NCBI GenBank assembly: GCA_965205265.1
Contig: CBDBGH010000003.1
Span: forward strand, 3,680,001 to 3,744,000
Length of the DNA stretch: 64,000 nucleotides
Direction of reading: 5' to 3'
From: Alphaproteobacteria bacterium
Lineage (GTDB): Bacteria > Pseudomonadota > Alphaproteobacteria > Bin95
Shown here: in pieces, positions 20,337 through 30,359 of the stretch
Layout: every line of letters starts with the position of its first letter
Position numbering within the stretch: position 1 is the stretch's first letter
The notes under the pieces: model-generated
The model's input: only the letters and a program-made list of their open reading frames with translations
Database searches by the model: none
What the model was told of the DNA's origin: nothing
Program-made: the position numbers and the translations under genes

Positions 20337-21605
20337 TCAGGCGGGCGGCAGGCGGAGCTTGTCGGCGTGTATCTCGACCACGGCGTCGAGGTCCGGGTTC
20401 TGCAGCGTCACGTCGATGGCGCGGACGCCGAACATCGCCGGGTTGTGCGGCAGGAGCGGCTCCCTGCCTTCGGCGAGGTCGCGGGCGAGTTTCAGCAGCC
20501 GGCGGCGGGCGGCGATGATCGCTGCGTCCGAGGGGCCGAGATGCTCGTTCTCGCGGTCCACGATGGGGCCCATGCTCTCGACGATGGCGCGGTCCTGGTT
20601 GTTGACGCCGGGAATGCCGGTCGCATTGCCTGCCCGCTGCGAGGCGCGGTCCAGCATGTAGCCGTTTTCCCGGTTGACCTCGGGCGTGAAGCAGCCCGGA
20701 AGCGTGCGCGGCGCCGCGCCCAGGCCCGTCTCCAGATAGTCGCGGTCCTCTTGCGTCATCGGCGCTTCCGGGTTGTAGGAGGTGCCGAAGACGAAGCTGT
20801 TCTCGTCGTCTATCGGGATGTAGGCGCGCGACGAGATCGGGTATTCGGGATGCGGGATGATGGAGTTGGTCGGCAGGATCCACTGCGTGATGCGCCAGTT
20901 GAACGAATTGTCCGCCGCGCCGCGCTGCGAGCCGTAATAGAAGCCGTAATCCGTCGGCCGGATATGGATCGACGGCATGCCGTCCTTCTGCCAGTTGCCG
21001 TGCGCGGCGGCGAGGCCGGGCGAGAGCGCGGACATGTCGGCGAAGCGGTGCAGGAAGGTCGTGTGGCGGGTGTCGATCTCGCCCTCGAAGCCCTGGAAGT
21101 AATTGGCGCGCAAATGCCACTTCTTCTGCCAGCGGTGCTCCGGCGCCAGCATGGCCCACTCGAATTCCGGCAGCGGCGGGCGCCTGTCCTCCGGCCCCAT
21201 ATAGACCCAGATCCAGCCGCCCCACTCGGCGGCCGGATAGGCCTTCATCCGCACCTTGCGCCTGTAGTCGGTCCCGGGCGGCTCGTTCGGCATCTCCACG
21301 CAATTGCCGTCCACGTCAAATTTCCAGCCGTGATAGACGCAGCGCAGGCCGCAGTCCTCATTGCGGCCGAAATAGAGCGAGGCGCGCCGGTGGGGGCATT
21401 TCTCGTCGAGAACGCCGATCCGTCCTGCCGTGTCCCGGAAGGCCACGAGGTCCTCGCCCAGCAGCCTGAGCCGCACCGGGTCGCAATCGGGCCCCGGCAA
21501 TTCCTCCGGCATGAGCGCCGGAAGCCAGAACCGGCGGAACAGCGCGCCCATCGGCGTGCCGGGGCCGGTCCGGCAGAGCAGTTCGTTGTCTTCCGGTTTC
21601 AGCAT
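20337..21605 (-). CDS. Rieske non-heme iron oxygenase alpha subunit (phthalate 4,5-dioxygenase/LigXa-like)
   Basis: CPHRRASL...CVYHGWKF Rieske motif; EGEIDTRHTTFLH mononuclear Fe site. Confidence 0.93.
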   Translation of the reverse strand: MLKPEDNELLCRTGPGTPMGALFRRFWLPALMPEELPGPDCDPVRLRLLGEDLVAFRDTAGRIGVLDEKCPHRRASLYFGRNEDCGLRCVYHGWKFDVDGNCVEMPNEPPGTDYRRKVRMKAYPAAEWGGWIWVYMGPEDRRPPLPEFEWAMLAPEHRWQKKWHLRANYFQGFEGEIDTRHTTFLHRFADMSALSPGLAAAHGNWQKDGMPSIHIRPTDYGFYYGSQRGAADNSFNWRITQWILPTNSIIPHPEYPISSRAYIPIDDENSFVFGTSYNPEAPMTQEDRDYLETGLGAAPRTLPGCFTPEVNRENGYMLDRASQRAGNATGIPGVNNQDRAIVESMGPIVDRENEHLGPSDAAIIAARRRLLKLARDLAEGREPLLPHNPAMFGVRAIDVTLQNPDLDAVVEIHADKLRLPPA

Positions 21606-21752
21606 TGCGGAACGCCTCGCTCGGGTCCGGTGTCCGGCGGAGCATGCCGCCGCCCGGCCCGGCCATCAAGCATTGCAGGCGCCCTTTCGCGCGCCCGGCG
21701 GTGATAGGGTAAGCTCGCCCGCAAGGGGCAGGAGCCGGGAGGGGGCTGCGCG

Positions 21753-23831
21753 ATGGGCTGGCGGATCGGGGTCGATATCGGCGGGACGTTCACCGATGTC
21801 GCCGTGCTGGACGAGGAGAGCGGGCGCGCGGGCATCGCCAAGGTGCTCACCACGCCGCGCGACTTCGGCGCCGCGGTGATCGACGGCGTGCGCGCGGCGA
21901 TGGGGGAATACGGCATCGACCCCGCTTCGGTCTCCCTCGTCTCCCACGCCACCACGATCGTCACCAACGCGCTGCTGGAAGCGAAGGGCGCCGATGTCGC
22001 GCTCATCGCCACCGAGGGCTTCCGCGACGTGCTGGAACTGCGCCGCTCGGCCCGCGCGGACCTCTACGACCTCTTCCAGAACGCCCCGGCGGTGCTGGTG
22101 CCGCGCCGCCGGCGCTTCGAGGTAGCCGGGCGGATCGACGCCCAGGGCGAGGTCGTGACGCCCTTGGACGAGGCCGGGCTGGATGCGGTCGTCGAGCGCA
22201 TCCGGGGCCTGGATGTGGAGGCGGTCGCGGTCTGCCTCATGTTCTCCTTCCTGAACGATGCGCATGAGCGCCGGGTGGGCGAGCGGCTCCGCGCCGCGCT
22301 GCCGGGCCTGCCGGTGTTCCTCTCCAGCGAGGTGCTGCCGGAAATCCGCGAGTTCGAGCGCACCAGCACGACGGCCGTCTGCGCTTATGTCGGGCCGGTG
22401 CTGGCCTCATATCTGGACCGGCTGGAGGCCGCGCTGGCGGAGCTCCGCCTGCCTTCGCTCTATGTCATGGGCTCGAACGGCGGCGTGTTCGACGTGCCCG
22501 AGGCGCTCAAGATGCCCGCGGGCGCCGTCGAGTCGGGCCCCGCCGCCGGGGTCATCGCCGCGCAGCGCATGGGCCGCCAGCTCGGGCGCGCGAACCTCAT
22601 TTCCTTCGACATGGGCGGCACCACCGCCAAGGCGAGCCTGATCGAGGACGGCCGCATCGAGACCACCTCCGAATACGAGGTCGGCGGCGAGGGCAATGTC
22701 GGGCGCTGGCTGCACGGCACAGGGCACCCCATCCGGGTGCCGGTGATCGACCTCGCGGAAGTGAGCGCGGGCGGCGGCAGCATCGCCTGGCTCGACCCCG
22801 GCGGGGCGCTGCGCGTCGGGCCGCAAAGCGCGGGTGCGGAGCCGGGCCCCGCCTGCTACGGGCAGGGCGGGACGCTGCCGACGGTGACGGATGCGAATGT
22901 CGTGCTGGGCTATCTGAGCCGCACGCACCTGCTGGGCGGGCGGCTGCCCATCGACGCGGCCGCTTCGGAAGCGGCGATCCGCGAGCATATCGCCGACCCG
23001 CTGGGCCTGGATGCGGAGGAAGCCGCGGCCGGCATCGTCCGGGTCGTCAACAACAGCATGGCGGAGGCGCTGCGCATCGTCTCGGTGGAGCGCGGCCACG
23101 ATGCGCGCGAATTCTCGCTCGCCGCCTTCGGGGGCGCCGGCCCCGTCCACGCGGCGGCGCTCGCCGGGGAGCTCGGCATCGCGGAGGTGATCGTGCCGCC
23201 GATACCGGGCGGGTTTTCGGCGCTCGGCCTCGTTGCGACCGACCTCCGGCGCGACTGGTCCCACACCTTCTACGCCCGCATCGACGAGGCGGACCTGGAC
23301 GCGCTCAACCGCCGGCTCGCCGAGCTGGAGGCCGCCGCCCGGACCATGCTGGAAAATGCCGGCCTGCCGGAGGCCGACCGCTCCATCGAGCGCTCCGCCG
23401 ACTGCCGCTACACGAGGCAGGCCTACGAGCTGACCGTGCCGCTCGGCGAAGGCCCCGTGACCCGCGCGCTGCTGGACGACCTCGCGGGCGAATTCCACGA
23501 CCGGCATCTGCGCACATACGGCCACAAGAACCCCGACGAGGCGGTGCAGATGGTGAATGTCCGCGTGACGGCCACGGGCCGGCTGCCGGGCGTCGAGTTC
23601 CATGCGGATGCGGGGGCTTCTGCCGCGCCCGCCGGGGAGAGGGAGCGCGAGGTGGTGTTCGGCGAACGGCTGTGCTGCCCGGTCGTCGCCCGGAGCGACC
23701 TCCCCGCCGGGGCGGAGGGCCGACCGGGCCCGTTTATCGTGGAGGAGATGGACTGCACCATCGCCGTGCCGCCCGGCTGGCGGGCCCGGCGCGACGGGCG
23801 CGGGTTCATCCTTATGACGAGGAGTGCGTGA
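21753..23831 (+). CDS. Hydantoinase/oxoprolinase A subunit
   Basis: GVDIGGTFTD, ESGPAAG, DMGGTT and GPQSAGAEPGPACYG. Confidence 0.95.
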   Translation: MGWRIGVDIGGTFTDVAVLDEESGRAGIAKVLTTPRDFGAAVIDGVRAAMGEYGIDPASVSLVSHATTIVTNALLEAKGADVALIATEGFRDVLELRRSARADLYDLFQNAPAVLVPRRRRFEVAGRIDAQGEVVTPLDEAGLDAVVERIRGLDVEAVAVCLMFSFLNDAHERRVGERLRAALPGLPVFLSSEVLPEIREFERTSTTAVCAYVGPVLASYLDRLEAALAELRLPSLYVMGSNGGVFDVPEALKMPAGAVESGPAAGVIAAQRMGRQLGRANLISFDMGGTTAKASLIEDGRIETTSEYEVGGEGNVGRWLHGTGHPIRVPVIDLAEVSAGGGSIAWLDPGGALRVGPQSAGAEPGPACYGQGGTLPTVTDANVVLGYLSRTHLLGGRLPIDAAASEAAIREHIADPLGLDAEEAAAGIVRVVNNSMAEALRIVSVERGHDAREFSLAAFGGAGPVHAAALAGELGIAEVIVPPIPGGFSALGLVATDLRRDWSHTFYARIDEADLDALNRRLAELEAAARTMLENAGLPEADRSIERSADCRYTRQAYELTVPLGEGPVTRALLDDLAGEFHDRHLRTYGHKNPDEAVQMVNVRVTATGRLPGVEFHADAGASAAPAGEREREVVFGERLCCPVVARSDLPAGAEGRPGPFIVEEMDCTIAVPPGWRARRDGRGFILMTRSA

Positions 23832-23832
23832 C

Positions 23833-25584
23833 ATGGCCGCCCATCCGTCCGTCGTTAAGACCGACGCCGCCACCTTCGAGGTCGTCAAGAACAGCCTCTA
23901 TGCGGTCGCCGAGGAAATGAAGGTGGTGCTGGCCAAGACCGCCTACTCGCCCATCCTCAAGGTGGCGGGGGACTATTCCTGCGGCGTGTTCGACGACCGG
24001 GGCGAGATGGTGGCCCAGGGCCCCGACCTGCCGATCCACCTCGGCTCGATGCCGGACGCCGTGCGCGCGGTGGTGCGGGCCTGGGAGGATATCGAGCCGG
24101 GGGACGTGTTCGTCCACAACGACCCCTATTTCGGCGGCTCGCACCTGCCGGACGTGAATGTCGTCTCGCCCGCCTTCGTGGACGGCGCGCTGCTCGGCTT
24201 CTGCTGCGTGCGCGCCCACTGGCCGGATATCGGCAGCGCCACGCCCGGCAGCTACGGTGCGGTGACGGACGTCTATGGCGAGGGGCTGCGCCTGCCGCCG
24301 GTGCGCATCCACCGGGGCGGGGCGGTCAACCGCGATGTGGAGGACATGATCTTCGCCAATGTGCGCACCCCGGACGAGCGCCGGGGCGACCTGCGCGCCC
24401 AGATCGCCGCCAACCGCCGGGCCTGCGAGCGCCTCGCCGCGCTCGCCGGCAAATACGGGACGGACAACCTCAAGCGCATCATGCAGGAGGTGATGGACTA
24501 TTCCGAGGCGATGATGCGCGGGCTGCTCCGCGACATGCCGGACGGGGAGGGCGCGTTCGAGGATTTCTGCGACGGGGACGGCATCGTCGCGCCCGGCTCG
24601 AACCGCGACGAGACCTTCGACATCAGGCTGCGCATAACCAAGCAGGGCGATGGCGTGACGGTGGATTTCGAGGGCTCCGATGCGCAGGTGGCGGGCCCGA
24701 TGAACGCGCCGCTCTCGGTCACCTCCTCGGGCGTGTTCGCCGGCCTCAAGATGGCGGTGGACTCCGCCGGCGTCGTGCCGCCCAATTCCGGCGCCTGGCG
24801 TCCCGTAAAGGTGCTCGCGCCCGAGGGCTCGGTGGTGAACGCGCAATATCCGGCCCCGGTCGTCTATGCCAACCACGAGATGTCCCACCGCATCTGCGAC
24901 ATGGTGTTCGGCGCGCTCGCGGCGATCGTCCCGGACCGGGTGATGGCCTGCTCCCAGGGCACTTCGGCCGTGCTGACGCTCGGCGGCACCGACTACCGCA
25001 CCGGCGAGCACTATGTCAGCTACGAGACGGTCAAGGGCGGCTTCGGCGCGCGGCCCGACCGGGACGGCATCAGCGCGGTCGCCAGCGGCATCTCCAACAC
25101 CATGAACACGCCGGTGGAGGTCATCGAGATGAGCTTCCCGGTGCGCGTCGAGTCCTATGAGCTGCTGCCCGATTCCGGCGGGGCCGGGCGCTGGCGGGGC
25201 GGGCTCGGCGCGCGCCGCACCTGGCGCATCCTGGAGCGCGACTCGCGCGCCACCGTCTGCTGCGAGCGCACCAAGTCCGCGCCCTTCGGCATAGAGGGCG
25301 GAGCGGCGGGGGCGCCGGCGCGCATCTCGGTCGTCGATCCGGACGGGGCCGAGCGGGTGCTGAACAGCAAGGGCGCCTTCGATGCGCCGGCGGGCGCGCT
25401 GGTGGTCTTCGACGTGCCGGGCTCCGGCGGCTACGGCCCGCCGGCGGAGCGCGACCCGGCCCGGCTCGGCCAGGACCTCGCCGACGGCTATGTGACGCCC
25501 GAGGGCGCGCGCCGCGACTACGCCGCCGCGGACCCCGACGCCCTGCTCGCCGCCGCGAACGGCAGGGACGCGGCGGGCGAATAG
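23833..25584 (+). CDS. Hydantoinase B/oxoprolinase subunit
   Basis: HNDPYFGGSHLPD, AHWPDIG, NTPVEVIE and DSGGAGRWRGG. Confidence 0.95.
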   Translation: MAAHPSVVKTDAATFEVVKNSLYAVAEEMKVVLAKTAYSPILKVAGDYSCGVFDDRGEMVAQGPDLPIHLGSMPDAVRAVVRAWEDIEPGDVFVHNDPYFGGSHLPDVNVVSPAFVDGALLGFCCVRAHWPDIGSATPGSYGAVTDVYGEGLRLPPVRIHRGGAVNRDVEDMIFANVRTPDERRGDLRAQIAANRRACERLAALAGKYGTDNLKRIMQEVMDYSEAMMRGLLRDMPDGEGAFEDFCDGDGIVAPGSNRDETFDIRLRITKQGDGVTVDFEGSDAQVAGPMNAPLSVTSSGVFAGLKMAVDSAGVVPPNSGAWRPVKVLAPEGSVVNAQYPAPVVYANHEMSHRICDMVFGALAAIVPDRVMACSQGTSAVLTLGGTDYRTGEHYVSYETVKGGFGARPDRDGISAVASGISNTMNTPVEVIEMSFPVRVESYELLPDSGGAGRWRGGLGARRTWRILERDSRATVCCERTKSAPFGIEGGAAGAPARISVVDPDGAERVLNSKGAFDAPAGALVVFDVPGSGGYGPPAERDPARLGQDLADGYVTPEGARRDYAAADPDALLAAANGRDAAGE

Positions 25585-25600
25585 CCATGCCCGCTGAGCC

Positions 25601-26150
25601 TGCGCCTTCAACGCCGCCTACGGGAACGAGGCGGCGCTCCGGGATCTCGTCGAGCGGCCCGAAGCTCGACAAAGCGAGGCGCACCGGTTCGGGAGGTTTC
25701 TGCTCGCCGTCGTCAGGAACGACAAAGACGGGACCATCTACAACATAGTCCGGCAGCAGTATTCGGGGCCGGTCCGGGTGCTTCTGGACAAGCGCTGTGT
25801 CTTCGGCCCCTTCTGGAGTTCCGTCTGGGGCCCTTGACCGGGACGGTTCCTGGGACAGGAAATTCGGGCATGACAAGCGCGAGGTGAACCGGGCTCCGGT
25901 CAATCGCGACACCTTCAACATTCTGACGCGCGTCTTCGACCGGCTCTACACCTTGTGCAACCAGATCTTTCACGGCGGCGCGACATGGCCCGCCGGCTTC
26001 GGGCGAACCCAGATCCGCGACGGCAGCCGCATCATGGCCTCGCTCGTGCTGGCGACCCTCGACATCATGCAAGGCGGCATCGAACGCAACCCGGATTCGG
26101 AACTCCGGGGAACGGTCGCCTACCCCCGCATCAACCCGGAGCCGGAATAG
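25601..26150 (+). pseudogene. HEPN-domain protein remnant (5'-truncated, frameshifted)
   Basis: First frame AFNAAYG...YSGPVRVLLDKRCVFGPFW; frameshift near 25830; second frame FDRLYTLCNQIFHGGATW, where the RxxxxH motif reads CNQIFH. Confidence 0.75.
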
Positions 26151-27400
26151 ACACCGCGCCGCCCGGCGAGATGCCGGGCCACGCTGCGGGCGTCCTCGCC
26201 GACGCCCCAGAGGATGCCGGATTTGCGCCATGTCATCCAGTTGAGGCCGGCGAAATAGAGGCCGGGCCACGCGCTCACCCCGCCCGGTGCCACGGGATAG
26301 CCGGCCTCGTCGAGCACCGGGGCCTCGATCCAGGAGAAGTCGTAGCGGTAGCCCGTCGCCCACACGACGCTGGCAATGCCCGCCCCGGCGAGGTCGAGCT
26401 CGCGCCGGATTTCCGGCATGGCCCCGTCCCCGGGCGGGCCGCCGGCAAGCTCCTCCGCGCTCGGCGGCGGCGCGTCGATGCCCTGCGCCTCGATATGGCG
26501 GTCGAATTCGGCGGTGATCCGCTCGCAGAACCCGTCTGCGAAGCGCATTTCGTCATGCAGCCCGCCGTCGAAGCGCGCCCGCTCGCCGTTGCAGCCGACC
26601 AGCCGGCCGAGCAGGCGGATGCCGCGCCGGTGGAAGTCGTGCAGGCTGAGCGTGCGGCCGCCATCGCGGCCGGTCAGGTGCGGGTCCGCCCGGAAGCGCA
26701 GCCGGGGGCTTTCCAGCATGGCCGGGGTGCGGTCGAGATAGCCCATGTCGCGCTGCCACTGGATGCAGTCCCGCCCCCGCCAGCGCCTCGGCAGCCGCCC
26801 GGCGCGGCCGACGCACAGCCAGACATCGCGGCCCGCCTCGTGCAGCTCCTCGGCGATCTGGCAGCCGGTCTGCCCGGCGCCCACGACCATCACGCCGCCC
26901 GGCGCCAGCATGCCGGGGCGCTTGTAGCCGTCGGCGGCAATCTGCTTCACGCGGCCGGGCAGGCGTTCGGCAACGGGCGGGATGTGCGGCGCCTGGTATG
27001 TGCCGGTCGCCACAACGACATTCTCCGCCCGCCAGACCCCGGCATCGGCCTCGACCGCAAAACCGTCCCCGTCGGGCCTGACGGCGCTTGCTTCGACCCC
27101 GCAGCGCAGGGGTGCGTTGAAGGCCTCCGCCCAGCGCTCGAAGTGGCGCACAAGCTCGTCGCGGGTGAGGAATCCGTCCGGGTCGCCGCCCGCATAGGCC
27201 GCGCCGGGAAGCGCGATCGACCAGTTGGGGGTGACGGTGCAGAACGAGTCCCACCGGCGCTCGCGCCAGCTCGCCGCGACGGCGGACCGCTCCAGCACGA
27301 CATGGTCGACGCCGAGCCGGGTGAGGAACCAGCTGACGGCAAGGCCGCCCTGTCCGGCCCCGATGACGACGGCCTCGAGGCGCGGCCCGTCCGCCGCCAC
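26120..27400 (-). CDS. Flavin-containing monooxygenase-like FAD/NAD(P) oxidoreductase
   Basis: VIGAGQGG, WRERRWDSF, VVGAGQTGCQIAEEL and VWATGY. Confidence 0.9.
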   Translation of the reverse strand: MAADGPRLEAVVIGAGQGGLAVSWFLTRLGVDHVVLERSAVAASWRERRWDSFCTVTPNWSIALPGAAYAGGDPDGFLTRDELVRHFERWAEAFNAPLRCGVEASAVRPDGDGFAVEADAGVWRAENVVVATGTYQAPHIPPVAERLPGRVKQIAADGYKRPGMLAPGGVMVVGAGQTGCQIAEELHEAGRDVWLCVGRAGRLPRRWRGRDCIQWQRDMGYLDRTPAMLESPRLRFRADPHLTGRDGGRTLSLHDFHRRGIRLLGRLVGCNGERARFDGGLHDEMRFADGFCERITAEFDRHIEAQGIDAPPPSAEELAGGPPGDGAMPEIRRELDLAGAGIASVVWATGYRYDFSWIEAPVLDEAGYPVAPGGVSAWPGLYFAGLNWMTWRKSGILWGVGEDARSVARHLAGRRGVYSGSGLMRG

Positions 27401-27408
27401 CGTTCCGG

Positions 27409-27903
27409 CTACTCGCCGGCGCTGAACTTGACGAAGTCGAGCGGCGGCGGGTCCATGCCCGCATGCGAGAGCATGTGGTGCGTCTGCCCGCGATGGTGGA
27501 TCTGGTGCTGGAACAGGTTGGTGAGGCAGCGCCGGAGCGGCAGGCTGAAATATTCGCCGGTCTCGACCGTGTCGAAGGAGAGCGTGCCGTCGAGCGCGGC
27601 CGGGTCCAGCCCGTCGGCATATCCGACATACCACCGGTCCTGCGCAGCATGCGCAGCGCGGAGCGGCTCGAATTCCTCATGGAGGATTTCGTCGAGGCGC
27701 GTGAAGCTCGTCGGCTTCTTCTCCAGCCGCTCGCGATAGATGAGGTCGGACAGCAGGATGTGGTTGAGCGTTGCGTGGATCGAGCGGAAGAAGCCCCGCC
27801 GGTCGAGGATGCGCTCCTCATGCGAAAGTTCGGCGCAGGCCGTGTAGAGGCGCCGGTTGGCCCAGGCGTTGTAGCGGGCGGCGGTGGGAAGATCGACAAG
27901 CAT
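27409..27903 (-). CDS. DinB family protein
   Basis: YNAWANRRL, SIHATLNHIL and HQIHHRGQ. Confidence 0.92.
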   Translation of the reverse strand: MLVDLPTAARYNAWANRRLYTACAELSHEERILDRRGFFRSIHATLNHILLSDLIYRERLEKKPTSFTRLDEILHEEFEPLRAAHAAQDRWYVGYADGLDPAALDGTLSFDTVETGEYFSLPLRRCLTNLFQHQIHHRGQTHHMLSHAGMDPPPLDFVKFSAGE

Positions 27904-28021
27904 GGGAGGACGCCCTCCAATCCCGGTTTGGACGATACCGGCCCGCCTGTTAGCATGAAAACGGGACCGCGCCATTATCCTCCGGAAGCAGGCGGCGGAA
28001 CCCGGGCGGCAGGAGGCATTC

Positions 28022-28441
28022 ATGTTGCGCTCGCTCATCCTGGCCCTGGCCTCGGTCGGCATTGCCGGCGCCGCGCTCGCCGGGCCCGAGGGGACATGGC
28101 TCACCGAGGGCGGCAAGTCGCATGTCGAAATCCGGCAGTGCGGCGACGAGTATTGCGGCAGGCTCGTGTGGCTCAGGGAGCCAAATAACGAGGACGGCTC
28201 GGTCAAGCTCGACAAGAACAACAAGGACGAGGCGCTGCGGTCCCGGACCATCCTCGGGCTCGAGCTGCTTTCCGGCTTCCCGGCAGGCGGCGACGGGCCG
28301 TGGAAAGGCGGGCGGATCTACAACCCCGAGAACGGCAAGACCTACCGCTCGAACCTCCGGCTGAAGGACGACGGCGCATTGCGGGTGAGCGGCTGCGTGT
28401 TCATTTTCTGCGAAACCCAGATCTGGACCCGGGTCGAATAG
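28022..28441 (+). CDS. DUF2147 domain protein, signal peptide
   Basis: GTWLTEG, CGRLVWL, GRIYNPENGKTY and CETQIWTR. Confidence 0.92.
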   Translation: MLRSLILALASVGIAGAALAGPEGTWLTEGGKSHVEIRQCGDEYCGRLVWLREPNNEDGSVKLDKNNKDEALRSRTILGLELLSGFPAGGDGPWKGGRIYNPENGKTYRSNLRLKDDGALRVSGCVFIFCETQIWTRVE

Positions 28442-28506
28442 GCCGAGCCGGTCCCGCTCCGGCTCCCGGAATCCTCCGCTGTTCGATACGCCCAAGAGCA
28501 CAGGCG

Positions 28507-29526
28507 ATGAGACACCCTCTGGCGGCCGCTTTCCTGCTTCTGGCCCTCCAGGCCGCTGCAGCGGAGCCTGCGGGCTTCCGGAGCGTGACCGTCCCGGCGG
28601 CGCATCACGGGCGCGGGATGTCCGGCGCGCTCTTTTATCCCTCCGCCGGCGGCGGCGAAGCGGTTTCATTCGGCGAGAACAGCGTCTTCCAAGGCACGCG
28701 GGTACTCGACCGCGCGCGGATGGCGGAGGGCTCTTTTCCCGTGGTTCTGGCAAGTCACGGCCTGGGCGGCCATATCGGCGCGCTCGGCTGGCTGACCGCC
28801 GGGCTCGCCGAGGCGGGCGCGCTCGTCATCTCCGTCAACCACCCCAACAGCACACGACAGGACTTCGACCTCCAGGAAGGGCTGAAGCTCTGGACGCGGG
28901 TGCAGGACCTCCGGGCGGCCCTCGCCTGGCTCGCCGCGCAGCCGGAACTCGCCGCCATTGCCGACCTCTCCCGCATCTACGCGGTCGGCTTCTCCGCCGG
29001 CGGCTGGACGGCGCTCTCCCTCGGGGGCGCTCGCGCCGATCTCGAAGGCTACGGCGCCCGTTGCGAGACCGCGCCGCCCTCGCCCTGGCAATGCGCGGAC
29101 CTTGCCCGGCGCGGCGCCGACCTCACCGCCTATTCGGCCAAGGAGTGGAATGCCGGGCGCAAGGACGACCGCATCCGCGCCGTCGCCGCCATCGACCCGG
29201 CGCTCACCTGGGGCCTCGGGCCGGCGCATGTCCGCGACCTGGTGGACCGGGTGCTGCTGATCGGCCTCGGCATGGCGGAGACGCGGCTGCCGGCAACCGA
29301 TTTCAGCGAGACGGGGAGCGGGTTCGCCGCCCTTGTCCCCGGCGCCGAAATCGAGACCATGGCCCCGGCGGCGCATTTCTCGGCCCTGCTGCCCTGCAAG
29401 CCGGAAGGGCCGGCGATCCTGGCCGCCGAAAAAGACGACCCTGTCTGCGACGACCCGCCGGGCACGGACCGCGCGGCGCTGCACAAGCGCATCGTCGCCC
29501 GAATCGCAGGCTTCCTCGGCCTGTAG
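28507..29526 (+). CDS. Secreted alpha/beta hydrolase (dienelactone hydrolase-like)
   Basis: SHGLGG, GFSAGG nucleophile elbow and HFSAL. Confidence 0.88.
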   Translation: MRHPLAAAFLLLALQAAAAEPAGFRSVTVPAAHHGRGMSGALFYPSAGGGEAVSFGENSVFQGTRVLDRARMAEGSFPVVLASHGLGGHIGALGWLTAGLAEAGALVISVNHPNSTRQDFDLQEGLKLWTRVQDLRAALAWLAAQPELAAIADLSRIYAVGFSAGGWTALSLGGARADLEGYGARCETAPPSPWQCADLARRGADLTAYSAKEWNAGRKDDRIRAVAAIDPALTWGLGPAHVRDLVDRVLLIGLGMAETRLPATDFSETGSGFAALVPGAEIETMAPAAHFSALLPCKPEGPAILAAEKDDPVCDDPPGTDRAALHKRIVARIAGFLGL

Positions 29527-29663
29527 GACGGCCAGGCCGCGCCCTTATATACGGAAGAATTGTTCCGGGAATGGCCCGGACGGATTATGCTGCATTGTGC
29601 TGTTCGCTCATGTCGGAAGCCCTGTTGCCGGCTGCCGCGCAGCGGAAGACAAAGGAGAGGACC

Positions 29664-29906
29664 ATGACGGCAAGCGCCGAATTGCTCCGGCGCATCACGG
29701 CCCGCCCGGACGTGTTCGGGGGCAAGCCCATCGTCCGCGACATGCGCATATCGGTGGAACTCATCCTGAGCCTGCTGGCGCAGGGCGTGACTCCGGAGGC
29801 CGTACTGGACGACTACCCGGGACTTGAGCCGGACGATATTCGCGCCTGCACCGCATATGCGCATGCAGCTATTGCGTTGCCAAGGCACACGATTCCGCCT
29901 GCTTGA
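29664..29906 (+). CDS. DUF433 domain protein (antitoxin-like), no cognate toxin seen
   Basis: RITARPDVFGGKPIVRDMRISVELIL...DYPGLEPDDIRAC; AAGGAG RBS. Confidence 0.9.
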   Translation: MTASAELLRRITARPDVFGGKPIVRDMRISVELILSLLAQGVTPEAVLDDYPGLEPDDIRACTAYAHAAIALPRHTIPPA

Positions 29907-30041
29907 TTCCTGACCGGCAGTCGGTCAACGACCTGTCGCCGCGCCTCCAGTTCGTTGCCCCTGACTACGCTCCTACCGCATGCACATCTCGTTTCGGTCG
30001 GTAACCGGCGGCCCGACCCTTTTGCCTTCATACCCCCATAT

Positions 30042-30129
30042 CGTCATACCCGGACTTGTTCCGGGTATCTCTCTCAAGCGGCTCAGCCGGGCGGCCGTGT
30101 GGATACCCGGAACAAGTCCGGGTATGACG
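30042..30129. repeat. REP/MITE-like palindromic element, copy 2 (inverted relative to copy 1)
   Basis: CGTCATACCCGGACTTGTTCCGGGTATC...GATACCCGGAACAAGTCCGGGTATGACG; its loop is close to the reverse complement of the copy 1 loop. Confidence 0.9.
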
Positions 30130-30255
30130 GAGAAGCCTGTCTTGAGCTTGTCGAAGGGGGGCGTTCGAGCCTCACGGGCAAGGGGCGGATCGCAGACGCC
30201 GCGCGCTCCCGAAATCCCGTTCGGCTTCCCCTCAATGTCTGAACCGGACATCAGT

Positions 30256-30277
30256 GGAACAAGTCCGGGTATGACGG
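30256..30277. repeat. Half-copy of the REP-like element
   Basis: GGAACAAGTCCGGGTATGACGG. Confidence 0.8.
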
Positions 30278-30359
30278 AGGGGGGCCGCGAGAATCGGGGC
30301 GACGATCCTGGGCTGGACTCCCAACGCGGCCCGATCCGACTGGACTGCGGGCCCCTGCC

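Noticed and set aside
30042-30277. CRISPR array
   Set aside because: The repeats are inverted arms with irregular spacing, there is no series of unique spacers, and no cas genes are present.
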